A stretch of DNA of 62,980 nt, filler included, from Octopus bimaculoides (Eukaryota), in the NCBI RefSeq assembly GCF_001194135.2. It is 9 parts of 9 records of this genome, joined end to end, with 100 filler letters (N's around TTAATTAATTAA, not from the genome) between each part and the next. Parts side by side here need not be neighbours in the genome. Positions count along the whole stretch, not along the records: positions 7,721 to 17,325 come from NC_068982.1; positions 17,426 to 34,351 come from NC_068983.1; 7 more parts are not named here. One strand, 5' to 3'. The notes beneath the pieces were generated by a model. That model ran no database searches, was not told the DNA's origin, and saw only the letters and a program-made list of their open reading frames with translations. Shown one piece after another: positions 11,745 through 25,180 of this stretch; the stretch's first letter is position 1; each line of letters opens with the position of its first letter. A program made the translations under genes and the position numbers.

Positions 11745-13310
11745 GCTTCACTGGTGATTAACGAGTCCTGCTCTTGACAAACATAGACGGCTGCAAGCAT
11801 TGCAGACCAAGCTTTCCCAGTTCATTACACTAGCAGTGTGGTTTCGAGCAGTACGCTTAAATTCTTCATGAAGAATACGTGCTCTTTCAAAGGTATCAGC
11901 TCCCTCCTTTACCTTTTTCCTCCATCCGTAGCGATGACAAGCATTGCTCTCCTAGTCAGCCTCGTGCATTTCACAGGCCATTAATGAGGACTTTACACTA
12001 TCCTTAAATCGTAAACTTGGCTTCTGCCTGGGTCACATTCCACTAACAAGTTCCACATATAGCAATTGTTTAGGGATCCTGTTATCATACATTCTAAAAA
12101 AGTGTCCAATCCAACGTAACCGGTGTTTGTGCATCATCGCCTCAATACTCAGAATATCAAAACTCTGCTCAGGACCTGTGTATCTGGAACTTTGAAGGTC
12201 CGGCCAGCATTCAGAATGTGTCTCAGACATCTCTAACTGAAGCATTCAGGGATGATGTTTGTAAAGACTCCATTTCTCACATGAGTAAAGAAGCGATGTC
12301 AGTACACACGTATGGTACATAGCAATTTTGGTTCGCCTTGTGATGCCATGTTGGGAGCAGGCACGAGACTTAAGAGACCGGAAGGAATCTGTTGCACTTT
12401 GCAGCTTGAAAGATATTTCCTCATCCAGGGAGTAAGAACGGCTGAGTGTGCTGCGCAAACAGACAAACTTGTCTACCACTTTCAGTATTGTTCCTTCAAC
12501 CAAGATAGCTGGTCCCACATATGGGTTTCTTGGTTCAGCTTGGAACATTATAACAGTCTTGCCCAGGAGAATGCTGAAGCCTAATGCCTTGCAAGAAGCA
12601 GAAATATGACTCACAAGTATTTGCATATCATCCGCTCTATGAGTGATTACGTCACAGTCATCTGCATAAAAGAGAACACGAATAAGAGACTGGAAAATTT
12701 TTGAATTGGCAACAAATCGACGCAGGTTAAAGAGACGACCAAAAGATCGCTACCTAACATATATCCCATAAGAGCTGTCCGTAGCAAAAGCATGAGTAAG
12801 AGTAGCAGCAAAGTACAGAGAAAAAAGAGTTGGGGCAAGGATGTCACCCTGCCTGACACCATTCCCTACAGGAATGAGTTCCGCCATGCCACCACCGACA
12901 TCGACCCAAGCCTCCATTTCATCATAAAAGGATTTAGTTATTGATACAACGTAATCCAGACATTAAAGTTTGCCAAGTATTTTCAATAGAGAGGACCTAT
13001 TCACAGTATCAAAGGCCTTGGTTAAATCAATGGATACTTGGACAAGATCCATAGTCTGCTCTTAGTATTTCTCCTGCATCTGTCTCGCTGTGAAAATCAT
13101 ATCCATCGTTCCTCTTCCAGATCGGAAACCACTTAGAGATTCAGAGAGGACATCATTTACAAGACACCTATTCAAGCGGATAAGAAGAATACTTGCAAGA
13201 ACCTTACCAGCAGCTGATGGTAGAGTAATACCCCTGTAGCTGCTACGCTCTACTCTGGCTCCCTTTCCTTTATTGGAAGAGAGGAAGAATAATTGCATCA
13301 TTCCGGTATG
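11745..13310 (-). mobile_element. 5'-truncated, decayed RTE/BovB-like LINE (RT domain plus C-terminal zinc finger)
   Basis: YRGITLPSAAGKVLASILL...SGFRSGRGTMDMIFTARQMQEK, IDLTKAFDTV, GVRQGDILAPTLF, FYADD, YHTCVLTSLLYSCEKW, LRWIGH..RM..NRIPKQLLY.EL, and terminal VCNACSRLCLSRAGLVNH. Confidence 0.9.
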
Positions 13311-13859
13311 AGTTCAAATAATTACGATCACATTCTTCCATGTACTCTCCAGGAACATCATCGATTATTTTCAACTTTGGAGCTGTTGGATTTTTCTTAA
13401 AATTGTTGAGAATGGTCTGTCGCTCAACGATATTTTCGAAAAAGTAGAAAACTTTCTATGAACTGTCGTTCCAAGGCGCTTCTAAATTGGATATATTCCA
13501 CAGTCACTTCTGTTGACACAGCTACATCTGAAGAGTCTCCCGAATTTAGTGATAGCAGCTGGAAATTTCCGGTCAGTTATCAGTGTTTTGAGAGGATCGT
13601 TCACCATCGTGAGAGTAAGCAATGTTTTTTTTTTTTTTAAAGAAATGAATGTTGCTGAAGCTGTTTCGCCGTAAAGTTGTTTTTTATGTTGGGGTGAACT
13701 GGAAGAGGCATAATAGTTGGATGCTGATACAAGAGGTTAACATTTTACAGGAAACCTTTAATATGCATTTCAATATGACTATGGAAGGTCAAATTAATTT
13801 ACCTAATTGACTTGCTACAGCACGGGCGAACCTAGTGATAAAAAATGAAACCACCGATT

Positions 13860-15790
13860 TGACAGAAAATTATAGGTTTATTCTTTATCTAAACATTATG
13901 TTTAAACTGTATACAAGCTGCCTCAACCAATTCATCCAGGGTCACTGTATGTCCAGCAACGTAGTGACTGATGAGCAGGCGGGTGAAGAGAAAGGAGTGT
14001 GAGGATGTACAGATCGAATTTTGATAAACAAAGCTGTACTGTCTGCAGTAAGAAAACGCTCTAGAAATATTATGACAGTATGGCTTGGTTATAGGAAAGT
14101 GTTTAAATGTATTCCCCACTCATGGCTACTAAGGTGTCTGCACTCGGCAAGAGCGCCTTCCACTTTAGTCGTTAATATTGAGAAACTCACAATGACCTGA
14201 GCAACAATTCTCACACTTACAGATGAGAGCGGAACGATCGTTCTCAATGTTATAAATATTTCAAAGGGAATATTCCAATGAGTTAATCTTTCTGTAATTC
14301 TGTTCATGTAAGCATTACATTCATTATTATTTATTCAGCAAAATGCAAATGGATATATGCTAGGTTCTGCAAATGCTACAGGTATTAATGTAACTTATAA
14401 TTTCTGTTTGGTTGACCAGAATATTCATGCTAAAAATGTTAAAAATGCCAAAAAGTAGTTGATATTAATAAGAACATTTTCGGCTGACATAGGAATAGAA
14501 TTTGGCCAAAAGAAGTGTTTCTGTTTGAATGCTGAACGTGGAAAATCAGTGCGCCAAGCCCAAACGTTGTCCATCAATGATCTCACTAGCACTCATCTGC
14601 CACGCAAAGGATGCTGCAAATACCTAGGCATTAATTAAAACATATCATATCAAGGTACTGTGAATAATGATAGAATGACGCGAGAACATTACAACAGTCT
14701 ACAAAAATATAATAGTAACTTTCAAGATAGTAACTTTCAATACATTTTCAGTACCAGTGCCAATTCCAACATTTGGGTTGCTTAAATGGTAGACATTAAA
14801 ACCCGCATGATCCTAACATCAACTGGAAAATTCCATAGTAACAGTGATATCAAGTGTCTCTACTTGAGGAGAGATGGAGGTAGGGGTTTGATATCAGAAC
14901 AGACAACAGCAGCAGCAGCAGCAGCAGACATAAACACAAAGTGCTGAAAAGCGACGAGAACAAAATCCTACTTGTCAGCAGTGAGCTCTTGAGGAAGCAC
15001 TCTCTTCTTGATGATCTTCCACTCAACCCAAAACAGCTAGGCTAATATATTTCAAAGAAAACCTGGATGGGAAACGTTCAACATACCAATGAAGTACTAC
15101 GCATGAGCATATTTCCTGACGATTTAAAGAAGACAGTTATATAGACCTGCAGCGCCGCCTCTCTTGAACTCGTGGTCGCTGTATCACATTAAACTTCGAA
15201 AGCTATGCATTTCCAATCCGAGAATAGGAGTTCGCTACAATATTCCTCATAAAGAAAAGAGACAGTGAAGTCCTTGGTGTTTTAAGATGCAACCAAAATG
15301 TAGATTATGTCATCTTTCTGGGGAAGAATCACAGATGTAATAAGCAGCTGTCCATAAATGTCATGAAGTTACTATCTTCCTATGAGACACGATATTGTCG
15401 TTAAAACAATAGACAGTGCTATTAGGGGTAAAAAAAAGACTATCCTGGAGTAAATATAGAGAATCCCTCTTTTATTGAATAAATGCACAATCAACACAAG
15501 GAATACCGGTCCAACATTTCCATCAAAATTTCGGTTAAGTGGAAGCATAGCAGGCCGGATATTGTTGTTTGGAACAGGCAAGAAAACGTATGTACTGTCA
15601 TAGATGCAAGCTGTCTTGCTGACGAGATATGTCTGAAAATCAAAGATAATGGATAATTATAGACAACTGCTCCGAGACATGCAGCTCCTACATCCAAATT
15701 ATAAATTTACATTTATACCAATAATTAGTGAACTTTGTTTTTGTAAGTGAGTGCCTAAGTGACAATCTGGATGAGCTGGAGATTTCAGAG
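13860..15790 (+). mobile_element. Decayed R4/Dong-like (RLE-class) LINE: RT through restriction-like endonuclease
   Basis: CLNIMFKLYTSCLN...DEQAGE.KGV*GCTDRILINKAV...VWLGYRKVF.CIPHSWL; KGIFQ; EFGQKKC; KYLGI; SDIKCLYLRRDGGRGL; SRPDIVVWNRQ.NVCTVIDASC. Many stops and frameshifts. Confidence 0.8.
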
Positions 15791-16807
15791 AAACAAATAA
15801 GCCAGTTAACTGAAACTTTATGAATACAATCTGTAAGTGGAACTGTAAAAATATGCGAGAAATGATGGTGCCTCTGTCTTTGTTAGAAACCTGTTCCGTC
15901 CTCAGAGGAAGAATTGAAATAATAAAATCAGAAGAGAATATGCATACATGCATACATAGATACATACATACATAGATACATACATACATACATACATACA
16001 TACTTGCTTGTGTCTGCTGAAATAAGTCAACGCCAATTTTCAAAAGCTCTTTGCGAGGAAAGATTCAGAGAATGTCATAAAACCATACATTTTGTTTGGT
16101 CATTAAATACTTGCTATCATTGTTTGACCTTATGTAAGTCGCGCTTAGAACCATATGAATACTCTCTTAAAACTATATGAATACTCTCACCGTTGAAGAG
16201 GTGTCAATAAATAGATAATTTGTTTTTCAAACGTTGACTTATTCCCGCTTCATAAAATGATATGACCATTTGAGTTTTAACACGATACGATATGGTTTCA
16301 TGCAAATATGCATGGAATTTGTTCATAGGCTGAGCAACTACACAACATTACAATTGAAACTGAAAATCAACTGCAGCGATCTCTATGGTCAATTTAGGTC
16401 ATGTTGAATGTAATGTTCTCCTTCGTTCCACACTTGACCACTCCACCATAAAACAGAGACCATTATTCAATATTTCACATGGGTCTAAAATGAAAGTAAT
16501 TTCCCAAAGTAGTTACTTGCATTCAAGTACATTAACCAAACCTTAAAAATACATAACAAAAAGAACATACAGCGTTTGAATATACAGCTCTTGTTTACGT
16601 GTAAGCTGTTCATGTACTGTTTATATGCTGCAAATAAAACTGTAACACGCCATAAAGAAACCTTCCCACGATAGTGACGTAACCTGTCAGGTTGCTTATA
16701 TAGTTACTGCTAACGATATGAGCACAAGTTCACACAAAGAGGAATATTACTACTATTGCGAGAAAGGCGAGGAGGATCACGAATATTTTCGGATTTTACC
16801 ATTTCAG

Positions 16808-16860
16808 TGTATTATCACTAGCTGCCACGAAGTAGCGGAGGTTCACAAACATGGAAGCCA
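16808..16860 (+). other. Candidate short exon (possibly a first coding exon, ATG GAA GCC A) in a CpG-retaining region
   Basis: Acceptor-like ttttaccatttcag ends at 16807; aaacATGG Kozak-like context at 16851; canonical gtaagt donor at 16861. No homology recognised. Confidence 0.25.
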
Positions 16861-17894
16861 GTAAGTATACGTTTATGAATGGTCGTAAGTCCTCACTATA
16901 TATATCCCCTTCTATAACTCTTTTTGTAAAGACACTCCACGATTCGCTCAATAAGGTATTAACAAAATTCGAATTTTCCGTTCTGTCACTTCACTCACGA
17001 TAATTAAAGACTAGTATAAAGTCGCCTGTAATATACACTGGACTAATTGACCCCAACTTTAACAAGCCTCACTTTACTCCTGCTTCGGTTTCCCCTTCCA
17101 AAAATACATGTATCTACCTCTTACTTCCTCAAACTAACCACCATCGTCTACACGAGTCTCTAAAAGTGTTGGTTCATCTCGCGAGCAACAAGTGCATATA
17201 CACATGTATATATGTATATGTACATATATATATATGCTTATACATATATATGTGTGTGTGTATATATGTATATATGCATATGTATATATACATATATAAA
17301 TACATATATATGTATATATATATATNNNNNNNNNNNNNNNNNNNNNNNNNNNNNNNNNNNNNNNNNNNNTTAATTAATTAANNNNNNNNNNNNNNNNNNN
17401 NNNNNNNNNNNNNNNNNNNNNNNNNTGGGTGTGTGTGGGTGTGTGTGTGTGTGTGTGTGTGCCGTTTTTATTGGTTCCAGAGTTTATTGTGGAATGTGTA
17501 TATGAGTGTGTGTTTGAGTGTTTTTTGTGTCGGTGGGGATGTTAGGTGTGTGTACGTGAGACTGTGCGTATATCTCTTTGTCTGAGTGTGTATGTGTTGT
17601 TTTGATCGTCTTTGTGGTGTGTGTGTGTGTGTGTGTGAGAGCAACCGTATGTATGTGTGCGTATGTGTGTGTATGTATGTGTGCATCTGTGTGTGTGCGT
17701 GGGAGTGTTTTGTGTGAGTGTGGGAGTGTGTGTGTGTCTCTCTGTCTGAGTGGGTGTGTTGTTTTAAATACCATATATATAAAAGATAATAAGAGTGAAA
17801 AAATATATATAAATACATATATACATATATATATGTATATATATATATCTGTTTATATATATATATATATATGTTTATATATATATATATATAT

Positions 17895-17933
<39 letters not shown>

Positions 17934-18367
17934 TATATACATATATATGTGTATATATATACATAAATATATATACACATATATATATATGTATATATAT
18001 ATATTTATGTATATGTATATATATATATGTATATATACATTTATATATTTGGTTAAAAGACCTATTTCTCAATCACATGGTTCCAGGTTCAATTCCCCTA
18101 CATAGTACCTTACAGAAATTCTCCTGTACCATAGACTCAGATCAATCCAAACACTTTCAGTGAAATTTGACTGAAACAAACAGTACAGACTCATATCAAA
18201 TCTGAGTGTGTAGGTGAATTAGTAGTCTTGTGTGAAATACATTCTGGTATTAAATAACGTTTCTCTATGTTTTTGGTTATATAACTTAAAGTACTGGTTA
18301 TACTTTTTATACCCAAATCAATTCACCCTTCCCACTCTTCAGGTGTGATAAAATAAACACTAAAGTA

Positions 18368-18400
18368 CTGACTGTAGTCTAATGACCGAAACTAGTAAAA
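18368..18400 (+). ncRNA. Decayed minimal hammerhead relic
   Basis: CTGACTGTA-GTC-taat-GAC-C-GAAAC-TAGT-A: stem II hairpin, GAAAC and palindromic ACTAGT helix III with a GUA site are present, but the CUGANGA core is mutated. Confidence 0.4.
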
Positions 18401-18839
18401 ATTAGAAGAATATTGTTTCCTAAAGCAGTCAGTTCTATTCATTTTAAAAATCATGTGAATTGTCAGTCATTGATTAACTCTTCAGATTTGTTTTTATTTT
18501 TAAAGCAAAAGCCTTTCATTGTAATTGAATATGGCTGCCTTGTCTTGTGAAATCAGCTCAACTCTTTTTTGGTTTTCTTTTTTAAGCAATGATGGAATTT
18601 GTATTAAGGCAATGGTAATGAGACTAAATTGTTGGTTATATGAACACACAGCAGTAAGTTCAAACCTTTCACAGTTACAGTTTGATCAAACTGAGGTGAT
18701 GTAATACTTATATATACCAACTGACTGATTAGGTCAAATAAGGACAGCTAGTTAAAATTAAAGTTCTTTTCACAATATGAATACAGCTAAAATTTATAAA
18801 ATCCTATCACAAACCAAATATGTGTGTGCATGTCTTTGA

Positions 18840-19030
<191 letters not shown>

Positions 19031-19292
19031 CACACACATGTTTGATATGCATAACACAAAAGAAATGCAAAAAAAACATGAAAGAAGTAGGAGTTCAACA
19101 GATTGTAGTGTTTTACCCAAAGTTCATATTCCTGATCTTTGAAGTGCCATACAAAGATGGAACTATGAAATTTGGAAGTAACAGTTAGCAAAATTATTAG
19201 CTTGTAATGTATATCATTAAACTCTGTAATATTTATTGAGCATTCCATTTTCTTGGGCAATTCTTGTGTGCTATACATGAAACACATGCATA

Positions 19293-19525
19293 CAGTTCCT
19301 GGCTGAAAGGGTATCATGAAAAGTCTGGTCGGAGGCTGAAAGGGTATCATGAAAAGTCTGGTCGGAGGCTCAAAATTCCAAGTTCTTTTACAGGGCTTAG
19401 AAAAACTGAAGGATCATTGCAATAACTGTTTGAATTGAAGAGAGGAATATGTTGAGTAAGATCATAATTAACTGATCCTCCTGTGTTTTCTTTTACCCAA
19501 AGCCAGGAACTTTTCAGCACCCCAT
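19293..19525 (+). mobile_element. Mariner-derived MITE, 5' TIR truncated, with an internal perfect 33-bp tandem duplication (19301-19366)
   Basis: Encodes a mariner C-terminus (GLEKLKDHCNNCLN.RGEYVE*-like); 3' TIR AAAGCCAGGAACTTTTCAGCACCCC; homologous to 22312-22515. Confidence 0.75.
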
Positions 19526-21164
19526 TGTATGTCTTTTATCTTTCATGAGTAGAACACTGTATGCATAAAAGTTAAGATTAACTGAACATGGAGCAATGTG
19601 AATCAGGCTTCTCCTGTAAAAACAATCTGATTCTACTCTATAAATATATATATATATGAAGTACCTGACTGAAAACAGAAAATTTCATTCTAAGATTGAG
19701 AAAGTAGGTATATTTCTTTAATGATTTGTTGTTTGGTAGTACAGTAAGGAATCCAGTTTTAGAAAGTATCAAAATCCACCAGCTTTTAATGACTACTTAA
19801 TGCACACACACACTTTATCTTGACCCTTTTCCTCAATGTCTTTGGCCTTTAAAATCATCATAGATACAACATTAGTCAATTTCTGCAACACAGAAACAGC
19901 TGTACATGCAGCAAAGGTCAAATTTAAAGATCTCAACAAGACACAGTATATCAAAATAACAGAAGGCTCCTTTAAAATAAGCTAGAACTATCATGAATCA
20001 ACCTTCCTGATCCTGGAGGGGTGAAGCATTATGACACTACTCATTTATTTAGGGCTTTTGGATGAGAAGGCTTCAAGGTTCAGTATTAACTGGAGTTTGA
20101 CTGAAAAATGCAGAACTTATAACAACAACAAAAAGTGCAGGCTCTCCATAGAGGAGAAATCTATGAATTAAGAGAATTCTCTTCAACTGAAAATATACCT
20201 GAACCCTAAGACCCAGACATTCACACACAGCCACATGAATGAAAATAAATTTGAGGTAGCAGAATCTCACCTAACAACAAAGACTCGTATTTTTGTTCAC
20301 AAGATCCCTACTCTCTTCCTATGCACTCAGGCAACTTTGTATCTTTTTCTCTTTGTCTCTCTACCTCTATCTCTCTGTCTCTCCCCCGATTTTGCCCTCA
20401 ATTTTTCTCTCTCTCTCTCTCCTTCTCTCCCCTCTCTTTTCTTCTCCTTTTCTCTCTTTATGTATGTGTATGCATGCACATGCTCAGATGAGCGTGGAGT
20501 ATGCATGCACACATATACATGCTTGTGATTATGAACACATATCTTGTTTTCGTATATATAGAATTGTGTGTGCGTATGTTTACACACACATGCAGTGAAC
20601 ACATCTATGTCTCTACATCCTTCTCTCCTATTCTACTTTAAATTATATTTCAGTATAACTCTTTAAACCTTGCCAAGAGAAATAACTCTCAAACACTTTT
20701 AGATGCAATTATTTTGGCAATTTCTTGTATTTCGTTTCTGTTCGGTTTTTGTTTTCCACTTTTCTAGAAACTGATATTTTTCCTTTGCTTTTCTGCTTGA
20801 CTGAAAGTTTTTCTTTGCACTTTCAGAGCAAGAAGAGCCCTAGCTATACATACCCTACTGTCATGCATTGTTTGATTATTGTAAGATCACTCTCCCTAAT
20901 ATAGAAGTTTAATTTTGCATGAAACTGATTTCTTACATCATTTGTCAGTATTATAGGATCTTTGATTTATAATTTTGGATTTAGATATATGCTGGGTTGT
21001 ATGTATGCATGTATGTGAAGGTGCAGGGCTTCAGAAATACAGTATGGTTCTGTACAGTTTCCATGAACCAAATTTCATGGGTCAAGATGAGACTGTAGCA
21101 GAAGACATTTGCTCATGGTTATGTAAGGAACTCTGCATTACACAGCCATAACTGCACAAGTATG

Positions 21165-21212
<48 letters not shown>

Positions 21213-21264
21213 TGTATGTATATTTATATATATTTATATATATGTATATATGGTGCATGCATAT

Positions 21265-21660
21265 ATATATCATCATCATCATTTATCATCCATTTTCTGA
21301 GCTGGCATGTGTTGAATGTTTTGACCAAAGCTGACAAGCTGGTGAGTTGCACCAAGTTCCACTCTGATTTCAGCTGGTTTCTATAACTGGATGCCCTTCC
21401 TAATGTCAACCACTTTACAGAATGTGTGGGTGTTTTTTACATGGTACCATGCTTTTACATGGTACCAGCACAACTACTCCTCACGTGGACTGGAATAGGT
21501 GTCCTTTACATGTCCAGCATGGGTGCTTTTTATACAAAGCTAGCACAGTGCTTTTTATGCAGCACCAGCACAGGGAAATTTTGTGTGGCACTGGCACTGG
21601 CCCAGGTGCGTTTTACATGGCACCAGCATGGAGCTCTTGCAAGGCAAACACCCCTTTAGC
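21265..21660 (-). mobile_element. SINE family E ((CAT)n tail) with an expanded internal array of about 25-bp repeats
   Basis: Family hallmark ACTGGATGCCCTTCCTAATGTCAACC; about 7 degenerate GGTGCTTTTTACATGGCACCAGCAC units at 21427-21630. Confidence 0.75.
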
Positions 21661-22311
21661 TGGCAGGCACACATGCACATGCATGTTTGTGTGTGTATAT
21701 ATGAGAGATAGATAGAATGAAAAACAGTGTGCAAGTTTGTGTTCTAGTCTTTTTTTAATTAACTGAATATGTTCTTGTGATTTTAAAATTTATGACTAAA
21801 TCTCAAAATTGTTATTTCCTCTGTGTATAAGTACTGTACTTTACTACATTAACATTTAGTATTGGAATTTTGCCATGAATGGGTTGACATTTATTTTAAT
21901 TATTGGTTATTATCAGCCCTTTCTTTTAGCTGTGGATTTAAAGCTAAAAATCAATTTCTTGCAGTGTAAGTAAACAAATGCTCTGAAACACATACACACA
22001 TACTTGCACATAAGCAAACACAAGCACACATATATAAATATACATGTGCACACTTATATGTATATAAACACATTTTATGTGTATTATATAAGCAGTAACA
22101 TTTTATGTCTGCTTTTCCATGCTTACATGTGTTGGACTGGTCTTATTTAGCATCACATCTCACCACTTGTTTCAGTGCTTTGTCATCCCCTTCATGAGGT
22201 TTGGACTGTTGAAATTAGCTTTACTACTTCTCATGATTTTGTCTTTTCCATAATTCTTTCACTTGGATTACTTTACCCATTTTCAACTATCATCCTCCAT
22301 ACACAACATAT

Positions 22312-22515
22312 CAGGGGGTGTTGAAAAGTTCCTGGCTTTTAGAGTATCATGAAAGGCCTGGTTTTCAAGTTCATTTACGAGGTTTAGAAAAACTGAAGGA
22401 CTGCTGCAATAAGATTGTGAATCTGAAAGGGGAATATGTTGAATAAAATCATAATTAACTGATCTTCCTGTATTTTCTTTTACTCAAAATCAGCAACTTT
22501 TCAGTAACCCCTCCT
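22312..22515 (+). mobile_element. Mariner-derived MITE, about 200 bp, both TIRs present
   Basis: Left TIR AGGGGGTGTTGAAAAGTTCCTGGCTTT; right TIR AAAATCAGCAACTTTTCAGTAACCCCT; residual GLEKLKDCCNKIVNLKGEYVE*. Confidence 0.8.
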
Positions 22516-23459
22516 ATATCTATATCAACTGAGTTTTGTATGCTATATCTGGTTCCTTTCATTTTACTTGTGCCAGTGGTTTACGTACACTACTTTCATA
22601 CATCAAAAAGTATAACTACATCAGAGTATAATTACTTTGCTTGTTTCAGCTTTTGCACATTCTCCAGATTCAGTTTCTATGTCTGAATACTATGCAAGAT
22701 GCTTTGTGCACAATATCATGCAATCTGTCCTTCCCTCAGAGAGAATACCCAGAGTTAACAGCTTTGTGACCTTTTCCTACCCAGTCCTTATTTTGATTAT
22801 GCTTGAGAACACCTACTTCCACTGCTAATTATGTCACTTAGGTAATTGGTGCTATCAACTGTTCTTGGAACGTATTTGAAGCCCTTCATTTAATGGGTGA
22901 GCTAGTTGCTACTACATTGGTGTATTTACCACATCAAAAGTCAAAGATCAAAGGTCCTTCCCAAGCCATAGGTTCACTCATAAGGCCAGTTTTCTGGATT
23001 CTGTGATGTATATATTCCCTCACTGGATGGAATGCTGGTCAATCACAGGGTCATTCATTTTTGCCAGCTGAGTGGACTGGAGCATCATGAAATGAAGTGT
23101 TTACACATCACTCAGTCCAAAACTGAAACCACAATCTCACAATTATAAGTGCAACACCCTAACCATTACTGCCACAGGCATCTACATATAAAGTCTTTAT
23201 TTCTTCTTAACTTGCCAGTGATTCCAATGCATCACTTTTAGTTTCCAGCTGGTAGATTAATTCAGAATTCCTACCTATTCCTTGTCTGCTTTCTGAGTAT
23301 GTCCCACTTTCTCTGATAGTGATATAGTCTTATTTTCGTTACTGATTACTTAGAACTTTTCCTTTTAATAGACTTACTTTGAAGCATTTTTTTTAATGCT
23401 AGGTCTTGTTTTCATATCGATAATTTTTCTAATATTTTGATAAATTTGGCTATGATAGC

Positions 23460-23720
23460 TAGCCCATCTACAAATAGAATTTTTCAAGAACACTTGGTCT
23501 TAAACTACAAAGTTAATTGACGTCTATCTGCATGCTAAATTTCAGAATCACTGGCTTGTCTGACCCTTACAAGCTATTCATCTTCCCTTAACTTTCTCAG
23601 AAGTCACACAACTACAGTGTGGTACATAATAGAGGCCTTTTCTAAGTTGATGAACACAAGATAAAGTAGCTTACTCTAAATTGTGCTAAAGCTTTTTCCT
23701 ATTACTTTCAAAACCTGGTA
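23460..23720 (-). mobile_element. Highly decayed RTE-type RT fragment
   Basis: LYLVFINLEKA...LLRKLREDE*LVRV resembles LYMAFVDLEKAFDRV..WWSLRKLGIEEWLVR. Confidence 0.55.
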
Positions 23721-24033
23721 CTTCAATTAAAAACTCTCTCTTGTCTTTTCCTTTATTCCATCAGTGGGAGCATGTGCACCACAGTCATTTGCCATTGTAT
23801 TCAATCACTCTTGGAAAGCACAGTGCTATGGGACTCATTGTTTATGAGGATCGTGAACATATCACTACCATTTTGCTCAGATGGTGTCATGTGAAGACAT
23901 AATGAATTCCATACCGGATAACGTTTGCACACTGTAAAATATATTTCAAAATATTTTACAGCTTTTAAGTTATGATTTATACATACATACATACATACAT
24001 ACATACATACATACATACTTACATACATACATA

Positions 24034-24072
<39 letters not shown>

Positions 24073-24216
24073 ATATATATATATATATATNNNNNNNNNN
24101 NNNNNNNNNNNNNNNNNNNNNNNNNNNNNNNNNNNNNNNNNNNNNNNNNNNNNNNNNNNNNNNNNNNNNNNNNNNNNNNNNNNNNNNNNNNNNNNNNNNN
24201 NNNNNNNNNNNNNNNN

Positions 24217-24277
<61 letters not shown>

Positions 24278-25149
24278 GAGAAAGAGAAGATTGTAATCAT
24301 GCTGCCTAGAAAAGATTTATTTTGCTTGTGTTATCTTCATTCTCATAGTCATAAAAATACACTTAATTGAGATTTCCAGAGCTCTCCTTCAAGAGTTGGA
24401 AAATTTGATTAAAATTGGGGGATAAAAACTGAATACTATCAAATATGATGAAGCAAAAGATAGCTACAAATCATTTTAATGCTTTAAATATGCCATAAAA
24501 TTCAACTGTTGCATTCATTCCAACAAACCTATTTAAATTATCTGGCACCCTCTGAGAAAAACAGCATGAACAACAATGAATGCCATTAAAAGTATGTATT
24601 TCGCATTTACCTTTTCTTATCTTCAACAGTAAATATTTATAGTCAAACAATTGATTTGTGGGTAAAGTAACAGCCTCAGTAACAACCTTTCCATACATAA
24701 TGGGCTAATATCTAAAAGTTTCTGTTAGAACATAATAGCAAATGTGGAGAAAGAGAACATCATTCTGACATAAATCCGTCAAATATGCCAAATAATAAAG
24801 TTACTATCATCCATCAATGTGACCAGACCTAATGTTAACCTAATCATCACTCTAAATTATGACTTTTCACAACTAAATCTATCCACATCCTCACTTTCCA
24901 TTTTCTCTTTTTTCTTTCTTTCTCTCTTTAGATATACTTATTCTCTGAAATATGCCATGATATTATCCACTTTTTACGCAGATATCACCCAAAACACTTC
25001 TAACGTTGTGGAACTATTGAGAAATTATCCCTTCAGCAATATCTTCAATCTCTATCCTGCTTTAGTGATTACTATTACAAAGTCTATAAAAAACCAGATT
25101 CCATTGTAGCCCACTCTTTCAAACAATAAGTTTTTCATTATTATTATTA

Positions 25150-25180
<31 letters not shown>

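Noticed and set aside
21427-21630. CRISPR-like array of about 25-bp repeats with spacers
   Set aside because: Eukaryotic context, degenerate repeats, irregular short spacers, no cas genes, and it lies inside a SINE.
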